A DNA stretch of 64,000 nt. Source: Octopus vulgaris. Taxonomy: Eukaryota. The notes under the pieces were generated by a model. It was not told the origin of the DNA. It was given only the letters and a program-made list of their open reading frames with translations, and did not search any database. Made by a program: the position numbers and the translations under genes. The stretch's first letter is position 1, and every line of letters begins with the position of its first letter. This document shows, piece after piece, positions 1 to 13,513 of the stretch. The stretch covers positions 84,940,001-85,004,000 of the forward strand of contig OX597824.1 of the NCBI GenBank assembly GCA_951406725.2, given 5' to 3'.

Positions 1-94
1 ACTGGCATATGTTTAAATATTCAAGAACGCAGGTCAACTTTTGTGAAGAATGGACAGATGACAGCTCAAAATGTTACTGGTACTTTATCCTCAC

Positions 95-490
95 CGTGAC
101 TCAATGGCCTTTTAAAGTGTTTTTTACTAGAAATAATTATCTACAACAGTAGTAAGAAGTAACTTCTTATACACGAGATAAAAATTTTAAGAAAAAAGTA
201 AACTAAGATATTATAGTAGTCTGGCTATTTTAATCCGAATTCCACGAGATGGTAATTCCGAGATTAACCTAGCAAGAGACTGGCTACAGTAATAGATTCT
301 GTAATAGATTCAAAAGGGGCCAAATGGGGGTGGATTGGGATGGTAGGTAAACGGGTGGATGGGTAAGTGAATTGAGACAGAGACGAGGACTCGGGCAATC
401 GGCGAAAGGGTGAGTATTTTATAAATCGAAAAAGAAACAAACGGATGTCACACACATACACACACACAACCGTGATGACGTCACGACTGC
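95..490 (-). promoter_or_regulatory. Candidate leftward promoter and non-coding first exon (CRE + TATA)
   Basis: Perfect CRE palindrome TGACGTCA at 476-483. Minus-strand TATAAAA at 423-417. CpGs are retained. Minus-strand donor ACG|GTGAGG, with the exon ending at 95. No transcript evidence. Confidence 0.35.
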
Positions 491-852
491 ACACGTAGAT
501 TACATTTGAGTTGGTGGGGGAGGACGTCTTATGCACTGTGTGTGTGTGTGTGTATGTATGTGTGAGTGTGTGTGAGAGAGAGAGAATGGAAATGTATTTC
601 GAGACAGACACAACGAGAGATATTTGTGATAATACAAGAACGAGACACACCATGACAGGCGGGTTTCAATGAGCAGTATATATATATATATATATATATA
701 TATCCATGCAGAAAGCAAAGCATTTATTGACAAAATACTTCAGACAGTCAATACTAGCCATTTAAAAAACAAAAAAAAATCACCAAACCTTAATACATAT
801 AAAGATACATTTCCCAATGTGCGTGTCTGTGTAGCTACACACACACACAGCT

Positions 853-953
853 ACCATGAGCGATAGCTGTGTAACCTTGTCGAACTAGGGCGGGGCGGTC
901 ACCACCCACCATTAGAACAAACTGTCCAAAGCTATCGACAGTAGATTCATGGT
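853..953 (-). other. Long imperfect hairpin (candidate structured RNA element)
   Basis: Nested inverted repeats ACCATGA/TCATGGT (853-859/947-953) and CGATAGCT/AGCTATCG (861-868/930-937). On the minus strand TTGTT/GACAA, CTA/TAG, GGT/GCC and GGGTGG/CCGCCC also pair, using G-U pairs. Confidence 0.35.
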
Positions 954-1538
954 GTCTAAGCTTCAAAAGCCAATTAGTACACACACACACACACACACAC
1001 ACACTATTTCCACCCAACAGATGTTAAATTTTGACTGATTTGATAAATAATCATAGAGTACATATTTTCAAATATTTTTTACACAGTTCTATATCCAAGC
1101 TTGGTATGGATGAGATCAACATGTTATGCAGTAAAATTATCCTGCTTGTAGCCAAGTCCCATCTTCGACTAAACAAGCTTATAGTCAGTCAGAAGCAGGG
1201 ACGAATGCTTTAGTACTTTGAATTCGTAATCCAGAATGAGGGCTAACTTTTTTTTTCTCTTACTGTAGTGAATGCCCTACTGGTCGAAGACATCCATGGT
1301 TTATGATAAAAAATATTCAACGAACGAAGAGTATATATATATATACCTATCTGATCTCATACAGTTTCTATTTCAATTTTCATTATACACTTATGTTTAT
1401 ACGTAACTAAAAACATACATTTGACAAATTCAAAAAGTACAAAAAATACCTATATATATATATATAATAAAATATATTACAGATTTTCTAACCAGCTACT
1501 TTGCTTTATATATATATATAATCCGAATTCCACGAGAT

Positions 1539-1579
<41 letters not shown>

Positions 1580-1945
1580 AGAATAACGATCTATTATTTG
1601 TTTTGAACTAATTAATTTACACATTGAAGATTAATTAATAAAAATGATGGAGGAAGGAAAAATCCATTTTTCTAAATACAAAACAGAGCAACATACACGA
1701 TTCAAGCTTTTACATTAATTATTTTTAGTTCGATGAGAGAGGAGGGGGAGAGAGAGAAGGCTATTCTAATTCACTGGCAGGGAAAAAAAAAAAAAAGATA
1801 TCTTATGAATTATACAAGACACTATATTAAATGAATATAATTTTTTTTTTCTCCATCACATTCATTATCCACATTCCCACTCGCCCAATACGAAAGAGAA
1901 AGGCGGGGGAGGAGGTCAAAGTGTGTGTGTGTATATATATATATG

Positions 1946-1976
<31 letters not shown>

Positions 1977-2714
1977 GTCAGGAGGTTTCTGTGATTAGGA
2001 TGTCAGCACACAGAGCAAGTATTCATCGGCAGACAAAAAGTAACAACCACACGGGGGAGTAAGAGCTAACGTATCTTCCGAGTGCACCCCGTGTATATAT
2101 ACACAGAATCGCGCGAGAACGAGAAGACGCAATTTTATTATTCGCCAGTGAAGGAAAAATTCAATACAAAATTATGAATAAACAGATGGGAGGAATAATG
2201 GAGAGAGAGGAAGGAGTTGGAGGCTATTACAACGTAGGAAGTGAATTACTTCCCCTTTATACATGCACAGAAGTCTGTCTGTGTGTGTGTGTATATACGT
2301 GATTCAGCTTTCTATATACACGCACAAATACATTATATATTTATACACATTTACGTATTATATATATATATAAGTGCCAACGCACAAAAACTTAGCCCTC
2401 GTGTCACTTTGTGACATCTGCCAAATATTAATAAAAAATATGAATATAGTCATATTTTGGGTTGTTTTTCTTGTTTGCCTCACCCTACCTGTGTGTGTGT
2501 CTGTCTCTGTGTGTGTGTAAATCTATTGACAAGGTTGCAAAAGGTTGAACATTTTGGCAGAAAAAGAATATAATAAAAGAGTGGAAATCGAACCAGTGAG
2601 TGTTAGATAAAAGTCATTAGGATAATATGACTCTCCAGACACAACAAAATTTGCTTTAACACACGAATTCACATAATGAATCTTGCAAACCAGATACAAA
2701 AATGAGCGTGTGTG

Positions 2715-2775
<61 letters not shown>

Positions 2776-2893
2776 ATATATATGTATGTGTATATATAAA
2801 TGTGTGTATGTATATGTGTGTGTGTGTATATATATATATATATAAAAATAAATGTGTGTATATATATATGTATATATGTGAGTAACCCATACT

Positions 2894-2946
2894 CGTCCAA
2901 CCCATGCTAGCATGGAAAACGGACGTTAAACGATGATGATGATGAT
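2894..2946 (+). mobile_element. 3' tail only of RTE-type (GAT)n-tailed repeat (family C)
   Basis: CGTCCAACCCATGCTAGCATGGAAAACGGACGTTAAACGATGATGAT, matching the ends of the copies at 6157, 6963, 16870 and 39772. Confidence 0.85.
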
Positions 2947-4001
2947 ATATATAAATATGTGTACACACACAGGTACACATATCTACACACTGACAAACAT
3001 ACATGCTCTCCCTCCCACCCGTCTTGAAAACCCTGGAAAGGGTCATGGCTTACTTCTTGATTGACTAAAAGATAGAAACGCACATATATACATAATTATA
3101 CATACGCATCATTTTACATTTGTCTTCCCATGCCGGCATGGGTTGGCCGATTGGTTATGAAGCAATGCTCTACAGCCGGGCACCTTTCCTGATGCCAACC
3201 TTTTTAGATGCCTCTTAATGAAGCACAAAATACCTTTGCTATAGACCGGTTAGACAAAGTAATATTTCCGTCCTTTCTTCTGAGACGAGGCTGAAGTTCA
3301 AAATGGGCACACTTGTTTGACTTCAGCTGTATACGAATAATTTCAGCTCAAACTGACCTGTCGATTCATTGTTCTGAATCTGTATGTTGATTTTTTTTTT
3401 AATTCTAATATTTTTTTCACATTATTTGATAAACAGCATTTACAATAAAATTCTGAAAGATTTTAAAAATCTAATCAGGCTATCAATAAAATATAGCTTT
3501 TAAAGAATTATATTTAGAGTAAAGTGTATTGTTTATGCGTATGTCATATATATATATATATATACATACACATTATTTATCTATCTCTACATTACAAATA
3601 TATACAGATTACACATATGTACATACACACCCAATAACATCATCATCAGTTTCTAAGCTCGCATGAGTCAGTTTATTGAGACAGTTTTTCTATGGCCATA
3701 CACCCTTCCTGTTGCCAACCCTTACCTCTTTCCAAGCAAGGTAATATTTTCTTAAAGCCAGACATGTTTTTTCAGAACACTGACAATGAGTAACACTGTT
3801 TGAATGACAATGGCACTCATTCACAACTACGTTGTGCAATATTGTGAGAACAACACACACAGGATGAATTGCTTTCAGTTTCCCTTGTCACAAGGCTTTG
3901 GTTGGCTCAGAGCTTAAAGTGTTACATAGAGGAACTGAACCCAAAACCATGTGGGTGGGTAGAAAGCAAACTTCTTATGCACACAGCCATGCCTGTGCTT
4001 A

Positions 4002-4405
4002 TCTGTTATATAAAATCCATTCTGTCTGTCTGTGTGTCTTCTAGGATCTCGGGCATCCGCTCCATCCAATTGCACTCAAATTTGATATGTAGATACCGAT
4101 GGTATCAAGGCGTGTATAAGTCTTGAAAAAATTACAAAAATCAATTCCAGGTGAGAATGTGATCGATAAAGACGTGAGAATGTGATCGATAAAGACGTGG
4201 GAACGTGCATTTGTAAAATCGTTTTTCTTGGAATAGAAAAAAAAAAGTATCTTTATTTCTTCTTTTGCTGGTGTCTCAAATTTAGGTTAAATCAGTGTTT
4301 CTCAAAAGGGAGGCCTATGGGACGGTCAGACAAGTTGTTTTGAAAAAATTTGGTTTAAATGTTTGACAACTCAGCACCATCCATTAGACGGGGGCGTTTT
4401 GCTTG
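4002..4405 (+). mobile_element. Non-autonomous Helitron
   Basis: A|TC 5' end (TCTGTTATATAAAA). Subterminal hairpin CCATCCATTAGACGGG. 3' end CTTG|T (decayed CTAG). The 3' half is homologous to the inverted copy at 54655-54840, which ends CTAG|T. Internal 23-bp tandem duplication at 4151-4196. Confidence 0.75.
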
Positions 4406-4865
4406 TATACATATAAATACACACAGTCACACACAGGTAAACAGCTATATTACGTATTATGGTGGGAAACTGAAAGTCAGTAAGAATGCTTTGGCTATTT
4501 GTTCCCACTCTCAGCATTCAAATCGTATGAAATGCAACTTTTGTCATTAGCAGGGTGCAGAGAAAAGCCATGTGTGCACAGGCAACTACTAATCTTCCAC
4601 AAAACAAACACTGCCCAAGACAGCACCTTCCCAACTGCAGAACCCCAACACTCAACCATAACCAAAAGAAGATTGAGATATATTCAACAATAGACAATAC
4701 ATGTATAAAGGGCATCATGCTGTGGAAAGCAAGCCAGAACCGAAACACACAGTGTGTGGTTCTCAGACCCATTTAGGAGAGCAGTGATTCTGAATAAGAA
4801 CTAAGGTAAAATATGGCAACACCCAAACCATGCCACCAGAGAAAGCCAAAGTAGAATGATAATTT

Positions 4866-5290
<425 letters not shown>

Positions 5291-5539
5291 TGTATATATA
5301 AAGCAAATATACATACACATCTATAAAGGTACTCAGGCATACACACACATCCAAGGCTGCTGAGCAAGGAGAATGCATTGGATAAAGTGACACTACCTCG
5401 TACAGACCCTAGACCAGGACCAGCAATTCAAGTTGACAGCAACATGGCAAACCGCAGGTCCATCAGGGATAATTGTAGAAATGGATAAGCAGTTCCCACC
5501 CAGATAGTTAAGTAATACAAGATACCATCCCAAATGACT

Positions 5540-5577
<38 letters not shown>

Positions 5578-5578
<1 letters not shown>

Positions 5579-5860
5579 CAGGCTTCTACATGTCCTAAAT
5601 AGCACCTTGGGGTTACAGTTGCCCAAAGTGCTGCCCAATGGGACTGAACCTGAAACCACATGGTTGTAAAGTGAGCAGCATCTTAACCATCCAGTCATCA
5701 TCATTTAAACATTCATAGTCCACGCTGGCATGGGCTGGCTGGTTTCACAAGATCCAGTGAACCAAAGAACAGCATCATGCTCCAGTCTCTTCCCTGGCAT
5801 GGTTTCTATGGCTGGATGGCTTCCCTGATGCCAACTACTTTACAGTGTGCTGTGGATGCA
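5578..5860 (-). mobile_element. Decayed SINE A 5' fragment (5578-5693) abutting a decayed family C copy (5695-5860)
   Basis: GGGACTGAACC...ACCACATGG motif of SINE A. TCATCATCATTTAA...GCTGGCATGGG...GGCTGGATG motif of family C. Confidence 0.7.
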
Positions 5861-6156
5861 TTTCCATTACTTTTGCAATCTCTGTGACACTGGTGAGGCT
5901 ATCACACAGACTACAAGAGGATGAACATTGAGGGGGTAATTTTTGCTAAGAAATGGGGGCAAAAGATGTACATATGTATATGTACGTATATTTATTTAAG
6001 TGTGTGTATATATATATATATACATATGTGTGTGTGTATATATGTATGTATATATGCATGTATATATGTATGTATATATGTGTGTATATATATATATATA
6101 TATACATATACGTATGTATAATGTATGTATATATCTATGTATGTATGTATATATAT

Positions 6157-6465
6157 GTGGCACATAAAAACACCATCCGAGCGTGGCCGTCTGCCAGCCT
6201 CGTCTGGCACCTGTGTCGGTGGCACATAAAAACACCATCCGAGCGTGGCCGTTCGCCAGCCTCGTCTGGCACCTGTGTCGGTGGCACATAAAATCACCCA
6301 CTACACTCTCGGAGTGGTTGGCGTTAGGAAGGGCATCCAGCTGTAGAAACACTGCCAGATCTGACTGGCCTGGTGCAGCCTTCGGGCTCCCAGACCCCAG
6401 TTGAACCGTCCAACCCATGCTAGCATGGAAAACGGACGCTAAATGATGATGATGATGATGATGAT
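6157..6465 (+). mobile_element. Family C: RTE-type (GAT)n-tailed retro-repeat with 62-bp tandem units
   Basis: 62-bp units start at 6157 and 6219, with a third partial unit at 6281. Body GGAGTGGTTGGCGTTAGGAAGGGCATCCAGCTGTAGAAAC. Palindromic tail followed by (GAT)n. Confidence 0.9.
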
Positions 6466-6536
6466 ATATATGTATAATGTATATATATATATATATATAT
6501 ATGTATAATGTATATATATATATATATATATGTATA

Positions 6537-6588
<52 letters not shown>

Positions 6589-6821
6589 AATGTATATATA
6601 TATATATATGTATAATGTATATATATATATATATATATTTATGCATAATGTATGTATGTATATATATATGTATAATGTATGTATGTATATATATATGTAT
6701 AATGTATGTATGTATATATATATGTATAATGTATGTATGTATATATATATGTATATATATGTATAATGTATGTATATATATATATATAATGTATATATAT
6801 ATATATGTATAATGTATGTAT

Positions 6822-6852
<31 letters not shown>

Positions 6853-6962
6853 ATGTATGTGTATATATATATGTATGTATATGCGTGTGTGTGTGTGTGT
6901 ATATATATATATGCAGGTATATACATATATATATGCATGTATACATGTGTATGTGTGTGTAT

Positions 6963-7146
6963 TGGCACGTAAAAAGCACCCACTACACTCATGGAGTGGT
7001 TGGCATTAGGAAGGGCATCCAGCTGTAGAAACTCTGCCAAATCAAGATTGGAGCCTGGTGCAGCCATCTGGTTCGCTAGCTCTCAGTCAAAATCGTCCAA
7101 CCCATGCTAGCATGTAAAGCGGACGTTAAACGATGATTATGATGAT
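6963..7146 (+). mobile_element. Family C copy, 5' truncated
   Basis: Same body and tail as 6157-6465. Confidence 0.9.
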
Positions 7147-7150
7147 ATGT

Positions 7151-7188
<38 letters not shown>

Positions 7189-7219
7189 AAGTATATATAT
7201 ATGTATGTGTATGTATATA

Positions 7220-7258
<39 letters not shown>

Positions 7259-7631
7259 ATATGTACATATATATGTATATATATGTATGTATACAAGTAT
7301 GTATATATACACATATATATATACATACATGTAGATATATATGCATATATATATACATACATGTAGATATATATATGCATATATATATACATACATGTAG
7401 ATATATATATGCATATATATACATACATGTAGATATATATACACATACATACATATAAATATGCATACGTATATATATATATATACGTACATACATAAAT
7501 ATGCATACATATATACATATAAACACACACACATATATACACACACACATACATATACACACATACATATATATACACATATACATGTGTATATATACAT
7601 ACGCATATATATATATACATGTATATATACA

Positions 7632-7683
<52 letters not shown>

Positions 7684-7717
7684 TGTGTATATCTATTCAT
7701 ATGTGTGTCTGTGTGTA

Positions 7718-9214
7718 TGGCTATAGCTTAGTCACCCGCATTGTAAACCAGGTAGTACATAACGGAGTCATACCCAATGACTGGTATAGCAACACCATCA
7801 TCAACTGCTACAAAGTTAAAGGTGATACACTAGCAAGGAATAACTGCAGGGGTATTAAACTGCTGGATCAGGTGATGAAGAGAGGGTCATAGTCCATCTC
7901 ATTAGGGAGAGAGTCTGCTTAGATGAGATGCAGTTTCATTTTGTTCCGGGTAGAAGCACCACTGATGCCATATTCCTGGTTCGACAACTGCAGGAGAAAT
8001 ACCTAGCTAAAGATAAACCCCTCTAATTAGCTTTTGTGGACTTGGAGAAAGCCTTTGACAGGGTCCCCCGGTCCCTTATCTGGTGGGCAATGCGGAAACT
8101 GGAGATTGACGAATGGTTGATAAGGGCTGTACAGGCCCTATACAGAGAGGCCGTTAGTAAGGTTAGGATTGGCAACGAGTATAGTGAAGAATTCCGGGTA
8201 GAAGTAGGGGTTCACCAAGGTTCAGCCCTTAGTCTTCTTCTATTCATCATAGTCCTCCAGGCAATAACAGAGGAATTCAAGATGGGTTGCCCTTAGGAGC
8301 TCCTCTATGCTGATGACCTGGCCCTCATAGCAGAATCACTACCGGAACAAGAAAAGAAATTTTGGATGTGGAAGTTAGGTTTAGAATCAAAGGGCCTTAG
8401 AATAAATGTAGCAAAGACCAAAGTTATCGCAAGCAGAAATGCGAACTCATCACACACACCCTCGTGCAGGTGGCCCTGCTCGATCTGTAGAAAAGGTGTA
8501 GGTAGAAACTTCATAAGATGTACACAGTGTAAGCTATGGATGCATAAGAGGTGGAGTAACATCAAAGGAAAATTAACCAAGAAGATAGCTTTCATGTGCG
8601 GCAGATACACAGGGGCAATAGACACCACAGATACTCAGAAAACAGATTCCATCACACTCCAGGGGGAGAAACTAGAAGTAGTTGATAGTTTCCGCTACCT
8701 AGGTGATCAAGTCAGTAGCGTAGGTGGATGCTCAGAGTGTCACCACTAGAATACGAATAGCCTGGGCAAAATTTAGAAAGCTCCTACCCCTACTGGTGAC
8801 AAAGGGTCTCTCGCTCAGAGTGAAAAGTAGATTATACGATGCATGTGTGTGAACTGCCATGCTTCATGGTAGTGAAACATGGGCTGTGACTGCAGAGGAC
8901 ATGCATAGGCTTGAAAGAAATGAAGCTAGCATGATCCGCTGGATGTGTAATGTCAGTGTGCACACACAACAGAGTGTAAGCACCCTGAGAGAAATGCTGG
9001 ACATAAGAAGCATCAGATGTGGTGTACAAAAGAGACATTTGTGCTGGTATGGTCATGTACTGCGGATGGATGAGGAGAGATGTGTGAAGAAGTGCCAGTC
9101 CCAAACAGTTGAAGGTATCCGGGGGAGAGGTAGACCCAGGAAGACATGGGATGAGGTAGTCAGGCATGACCTTCAAATGTTGGGCCTCACAGAGGCAATG
9201 ACGAAAGACCGCGA
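7718..9214 (+). mobile_element. RTE-clade LINE fragment (decayed reverse transcriptase, with stops and frameshifts)
   Basis: Translations IPNDW..NCRGIKLL, DLEKAFDRVPR, GVHQGSALS, LLYADDL, FRYLG, HGSETW, WYGHVLRMDEER and RGRGRPRKTW are typical RTE RT and C-terminal motifs. Confidence 0.95.
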
Positions 9215-10738
9215 TGGCGTTGCTGGGATCTTTGGTACCATGCAGTGTCGTCCCATTCTGGCATTGGTGAAGCTTTCAATGCCAAAATTTGGCACAATTC
9301 CTTCCAGGATCTTCAAAATGTATATTACTGCATACCTTTTGTGCCTTCTCTCCAGGGAGTAGAGTCTTAGCTGTTTCAGCCTTTCCTAGTGGCTGAGCAG
9401 TTGCAAAGAGGTAATCTTCTTTGTGAATCTTCTCTGGATTGCTTCAAGGTCCGCTGTTAATTTCACACTGCTGGGTGACCATACCTGTGAGCAGTAATCC
9501 AGGCGGCTGAGGACGAATGTCCTCCAGAGGACCATCATGGTCTCTTTATCTCTGGTTCTGAATGTTCACAGGATCTATCCAGCCAGTCGTCTGTACTTTG
9601 TCGCCATCCTGGTAATGTACCCTTTAAGCTTCATATTCAGTTTTGGATGCTGGTAGCGCAGGGATTGGAATTTTTCAGCATTAATCTGCATATTATTATC
9701 CTCAGCCCATCTGGAAATTATGTTCAACTCCTGCTGCAGATGTGCAACAACGCTGGGGTTCTGTATTTTCTGCAAGACTTTCGTATCATCTGCATACCTT
9801 GCAAGGGTGGCTATCTGGGCACTTGCGGACATATCTAAGAGGGCCACTATAAAAAGCAGTGGTCCCAAGACAGTGCCCTGTGGAACACCGCTCACTATTT
9901 GTGTGTTCATAGAGGTTCCATTAGCCACTACTGCCTCACTTCTATCTTTCAGAGATTCAAGTAATCCAGCTATGCCAAGATCACGTAGTTTGTGGCATAT
10001 CATACCATGATCCACTCTGTCAAAGGCTTTTACAAAGTCAAGGTATATTACATCCACATTTAAGTTTGTTGAGTAACTGCCTCAACACCCAGTCATAATG
10101 TAAGAGCTGGGTCAGGCAGTTCCTACCTGGTCGAAAGCCATGCTGGGTATCACTCAGCAAGATATTTTCTTCAAGGAATGCGATTAGTTTTCCTCTCACT
10201 ATCTGCCCCATGACTTTGCTGATGTGTGAAGTCAGAGAGATAGGACTATAGTTTTTGGCATCTGCTCTGCTTCCCTCTTAATGGATTGGATATATTAATC
10301 CCTCCTTCTTCAGCTTGCCTGCCAGTTTGCCATTTGCAACAAAGCTCTGTAAGAGAATCTGGAATGATTTTGCAAGGGCAAGCTTACACGATTTGAGAAG
10401 GATTGCTGGGAAACCAACAGGAGAAGCAGTTGCGGTTGTGTCCACTTAATATATGGCTAGAAGTATACCTTCTTCGCTTACGTCGATTTTTTCCATTATA
10501 ACTGCCTCACTGGTTATAGGTGAGGTGACAAAGAAGTCACTGGTTCCTTCACATATCTGTCTTACAATTGGGTGGGAAAGACACTACTGAACTGGTCATT
10601 CAGTATCTCACAGATTATACTTGGACTGAGGGTGAGGAAGCCATTCTTTTCGAAGATAGGTCCTCTCTTGCAGTGTACTGGGGCTGTTTCTTTCGCGTAA
10701 TAACAAAAGGCCTTTGCATTTCACTTAATGCTTTTTAT
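9212..10738 (-). mobile_element. CR1-group (CR1/L2/Crack-like) LINE fragment, decayed
   Basis: DVIYLDFVKAFDRVDH, SGVPQGTVLGPLLF, YADDTK and upstream ILNDQFSSVF. Internal deletions and stops are present. 3' end missing. Confidence 0.93.
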
Positions 10739-11400
10739 ATATGCATATATACACATATATATGTATACATACATATATAAAAAATACATATGCATACATA
10801 TATGTATATATATATATATATACACGCACATATATACATACATATATGTATATATATATATATATATATGCACACATATACACATACACAACATATATAT
10901 ACATAAACATATAGATATGTACATATATATAAATATATACACACATATACATATATATATATATGTGTGCTAACACAGAAAATGGATGATAAACGATGAT
11001 AATGATATATACATATACACACATATATATATACGTACATCTACATACATATATACATACGTACACAAACATACATATATACACATATATATACATGCAT
11101 ATACAAACGTACGCGCACAAACAAACAGACAGACATATATATATATACACACATATACGCATTTATATATACACATATACATATATATATATACATAGAT
11201 ACATATATATATATACACACACAAATACATATATATATACATATACACATACATACATATACACATACATACATATACACATACATACATATACACATAC
11301 ATACATACACACATACATACATATACACATACATACACTTGTATGTATACATATATATACACATACATATACATACACATATACTTGCTTATATATACAT
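10739..11400. repeat. (CATA/TA/CA)n satellite
   Basis: Direct inspection. Confidence 0.95.
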
Positions 11401-12546
11401 ATAAAAGACAGAAAACAGGCAGTTGTGAGCAATGGAGCCACTTCCAAGGAAACGCAAATAACAAGCGGTGTCCCACAGGGCACTGTCTTCGGGCCACTGA
11501 TGTTCATAGTGGCCCTTTCAGACATGCCTTCAGTTGCTACGATGACCACCCTTGCTAGCTATGCAGATGACACAAAAGTCTCCCACGCAATACAAAACCC
11601 TGAAAATATTGCGCATCTGCAACATGAGCTGGACACAATATACAGGTGGGCTGAGGACAACAACATGCAGTTTAATGCAGGTAAGTTCCAGGCCCTGCGC
11701 TACTGGCACACAAAGGTAAATGACGTGAAGACTGGATACACTGGCCCAGGAAGAATTGCAATCCCTGAGTCAAAATCAGTGCGTGACCTGGGCATTGACA
11801 TGAGCAATGATGCATCTTTCCAAATGCATATTGCTAATCTGGTGATAAAATGCAGACGGCTAGCTGGATGGATTCTCCGAGCTTTCAGAACAAGAGAGAA
11901 GGAGACACTGATGGTCCTATGGAAAACATTCGTCCTCAGCCGCTTGAACTACTGCTCCCAACTTTGGTCACCACACAATATAAAACAAACAGCAGAACTC
12001 GAAGCAATTCAGAGAAGCTACACAAAGAAAATCGTCTCAATGCAAAATGTCAGCTACTGGGAAAGACTGAAGGTATTAAACCTCTTCTCTCTGGAGCGGA
12101 GGCGGAAGAGATATGCAGTGATATACATCTGGAAAATCCTGGAGGGTCTTGTCCCAAACTTTGGCATTCAAAGTTACTCCAACCGCAGAACGGGGCGCCG
12201 CTGCGTGGTGCCAAGGATTCCAACATCACCATCAAAATACAGGTCCAGATACTGCAACAGCTTGGGTTTCAGAGGACCACAGCTCTTTAACATCCTCCCT
12301 AAATGCCTGAGAGACTTACATGGTGTGGATGTGAGTTTCTTTAAAACTAAACTGGATCGCTTCCTGTTGGGAGTCCCAGATGAACCTACCTCACGACAGG
12401 AGACACGGATGCGGGCAGCAGCATCGGACTCCCTTGTTGATCAAGTGCCACGTATCAGAGGTGGATTCACAAACTAGTGTAGCTCATTCAGCGGTGGTGC
12501 CCCAGCATGGCCGCGGCCTTCAGGCTAAAACATTTTTAAGGATTTA
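11401..12546 (+). mobile_element. CR1-group LINE, 5' truncated, with uninterrupted RT C-terminal frame and 3' UTR
   Basis: SGVPQGTVFGP, YADDTK, VRDLG, LNYCSQLWSP and SLERRR. The frame is open to the stop at 12477. 3' motif GGTGGTGCCCCAGCATGGCC + stem-loop + AAAC. Confidence 0.95.
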
Positions 12547-13478
12547 TACATACACATATATATATCTACAATTACATACATATATATATACACACATACA
12601 CATATATCTACAATTACATACATATATATATACACATATACATACATATATATATACACATATACATACACACATATACATACACATATACATACACATA
12701 CACATATACATACACATATACATATATATATATCTACAATTACATACACATATATATATATATACACACATACACATACACATATATATATATACACATA
12801 TATATACACATATATATATATACACATATACATACACATATATATATATACACATATACATACACATATATATATATATACACATATACAAAGACATATA
12901 TATCTACACATATACATACACATATATATCTACATATACATACATATATATCTACATATACATACACATATATATACACATATATATCTACATATACATA
13001 CACATATATATACACATATACATACACATATACATACACATATATATACACATATACATACACAAATATCTACATATACATACACATATCTACATATACA
13101 TACACATATATATCGACATATATATACATATACACATACATTTATATATCTACATATATATACATATACGTTTATATATATATATACAAACACCTATATA
13201 TCTACATATATATATATATATATATATACATACAAACACCTATATATCTACATATATATATATATATATATACATACAAACACCTATATATCTACATATA
13301 TATATATATATATATACATACAAACACCTATATATCTACATATATATATATATATATATATATACAAACACCTATATATCTACATATATATATATATATA
13401 TATATATATACAAACACCTATATATCTACATATATATATATATATATATATATATACAAACATATATATACATATATA

Positions 13479-13513
<35 letters not shown>

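Larger units (their letters stand above)
5968..7717. repeat. TA/TG/CA satellite tracts (including TATAATG-containing units) interrupted by two family C elements
   Basis: Direct inspection. Confidence 0.95.

Noticed and set aside
2049-2094. Inverted repeat ACACGGGG/CCCCGTGT
   Set aside because: Only 8 bp plus a 4-bp inner stem, which is plausible by chance.
6157-6290. CRISPR-like repeat arrays (also 48785-48995 and 32255-33950)
   Set aside because: No unique spacers, eukaryotic context and no cas genes. These are retroelement tandem units or minisatellites.
10996-12477. 493-aa ORF fusing a YIHT-rich N-terminus to an RT domain
   Set aside because: The N-terminus is stop-free satellite running into a 5'-truncated LINE. 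It is not a domesticated gene on current evidence.
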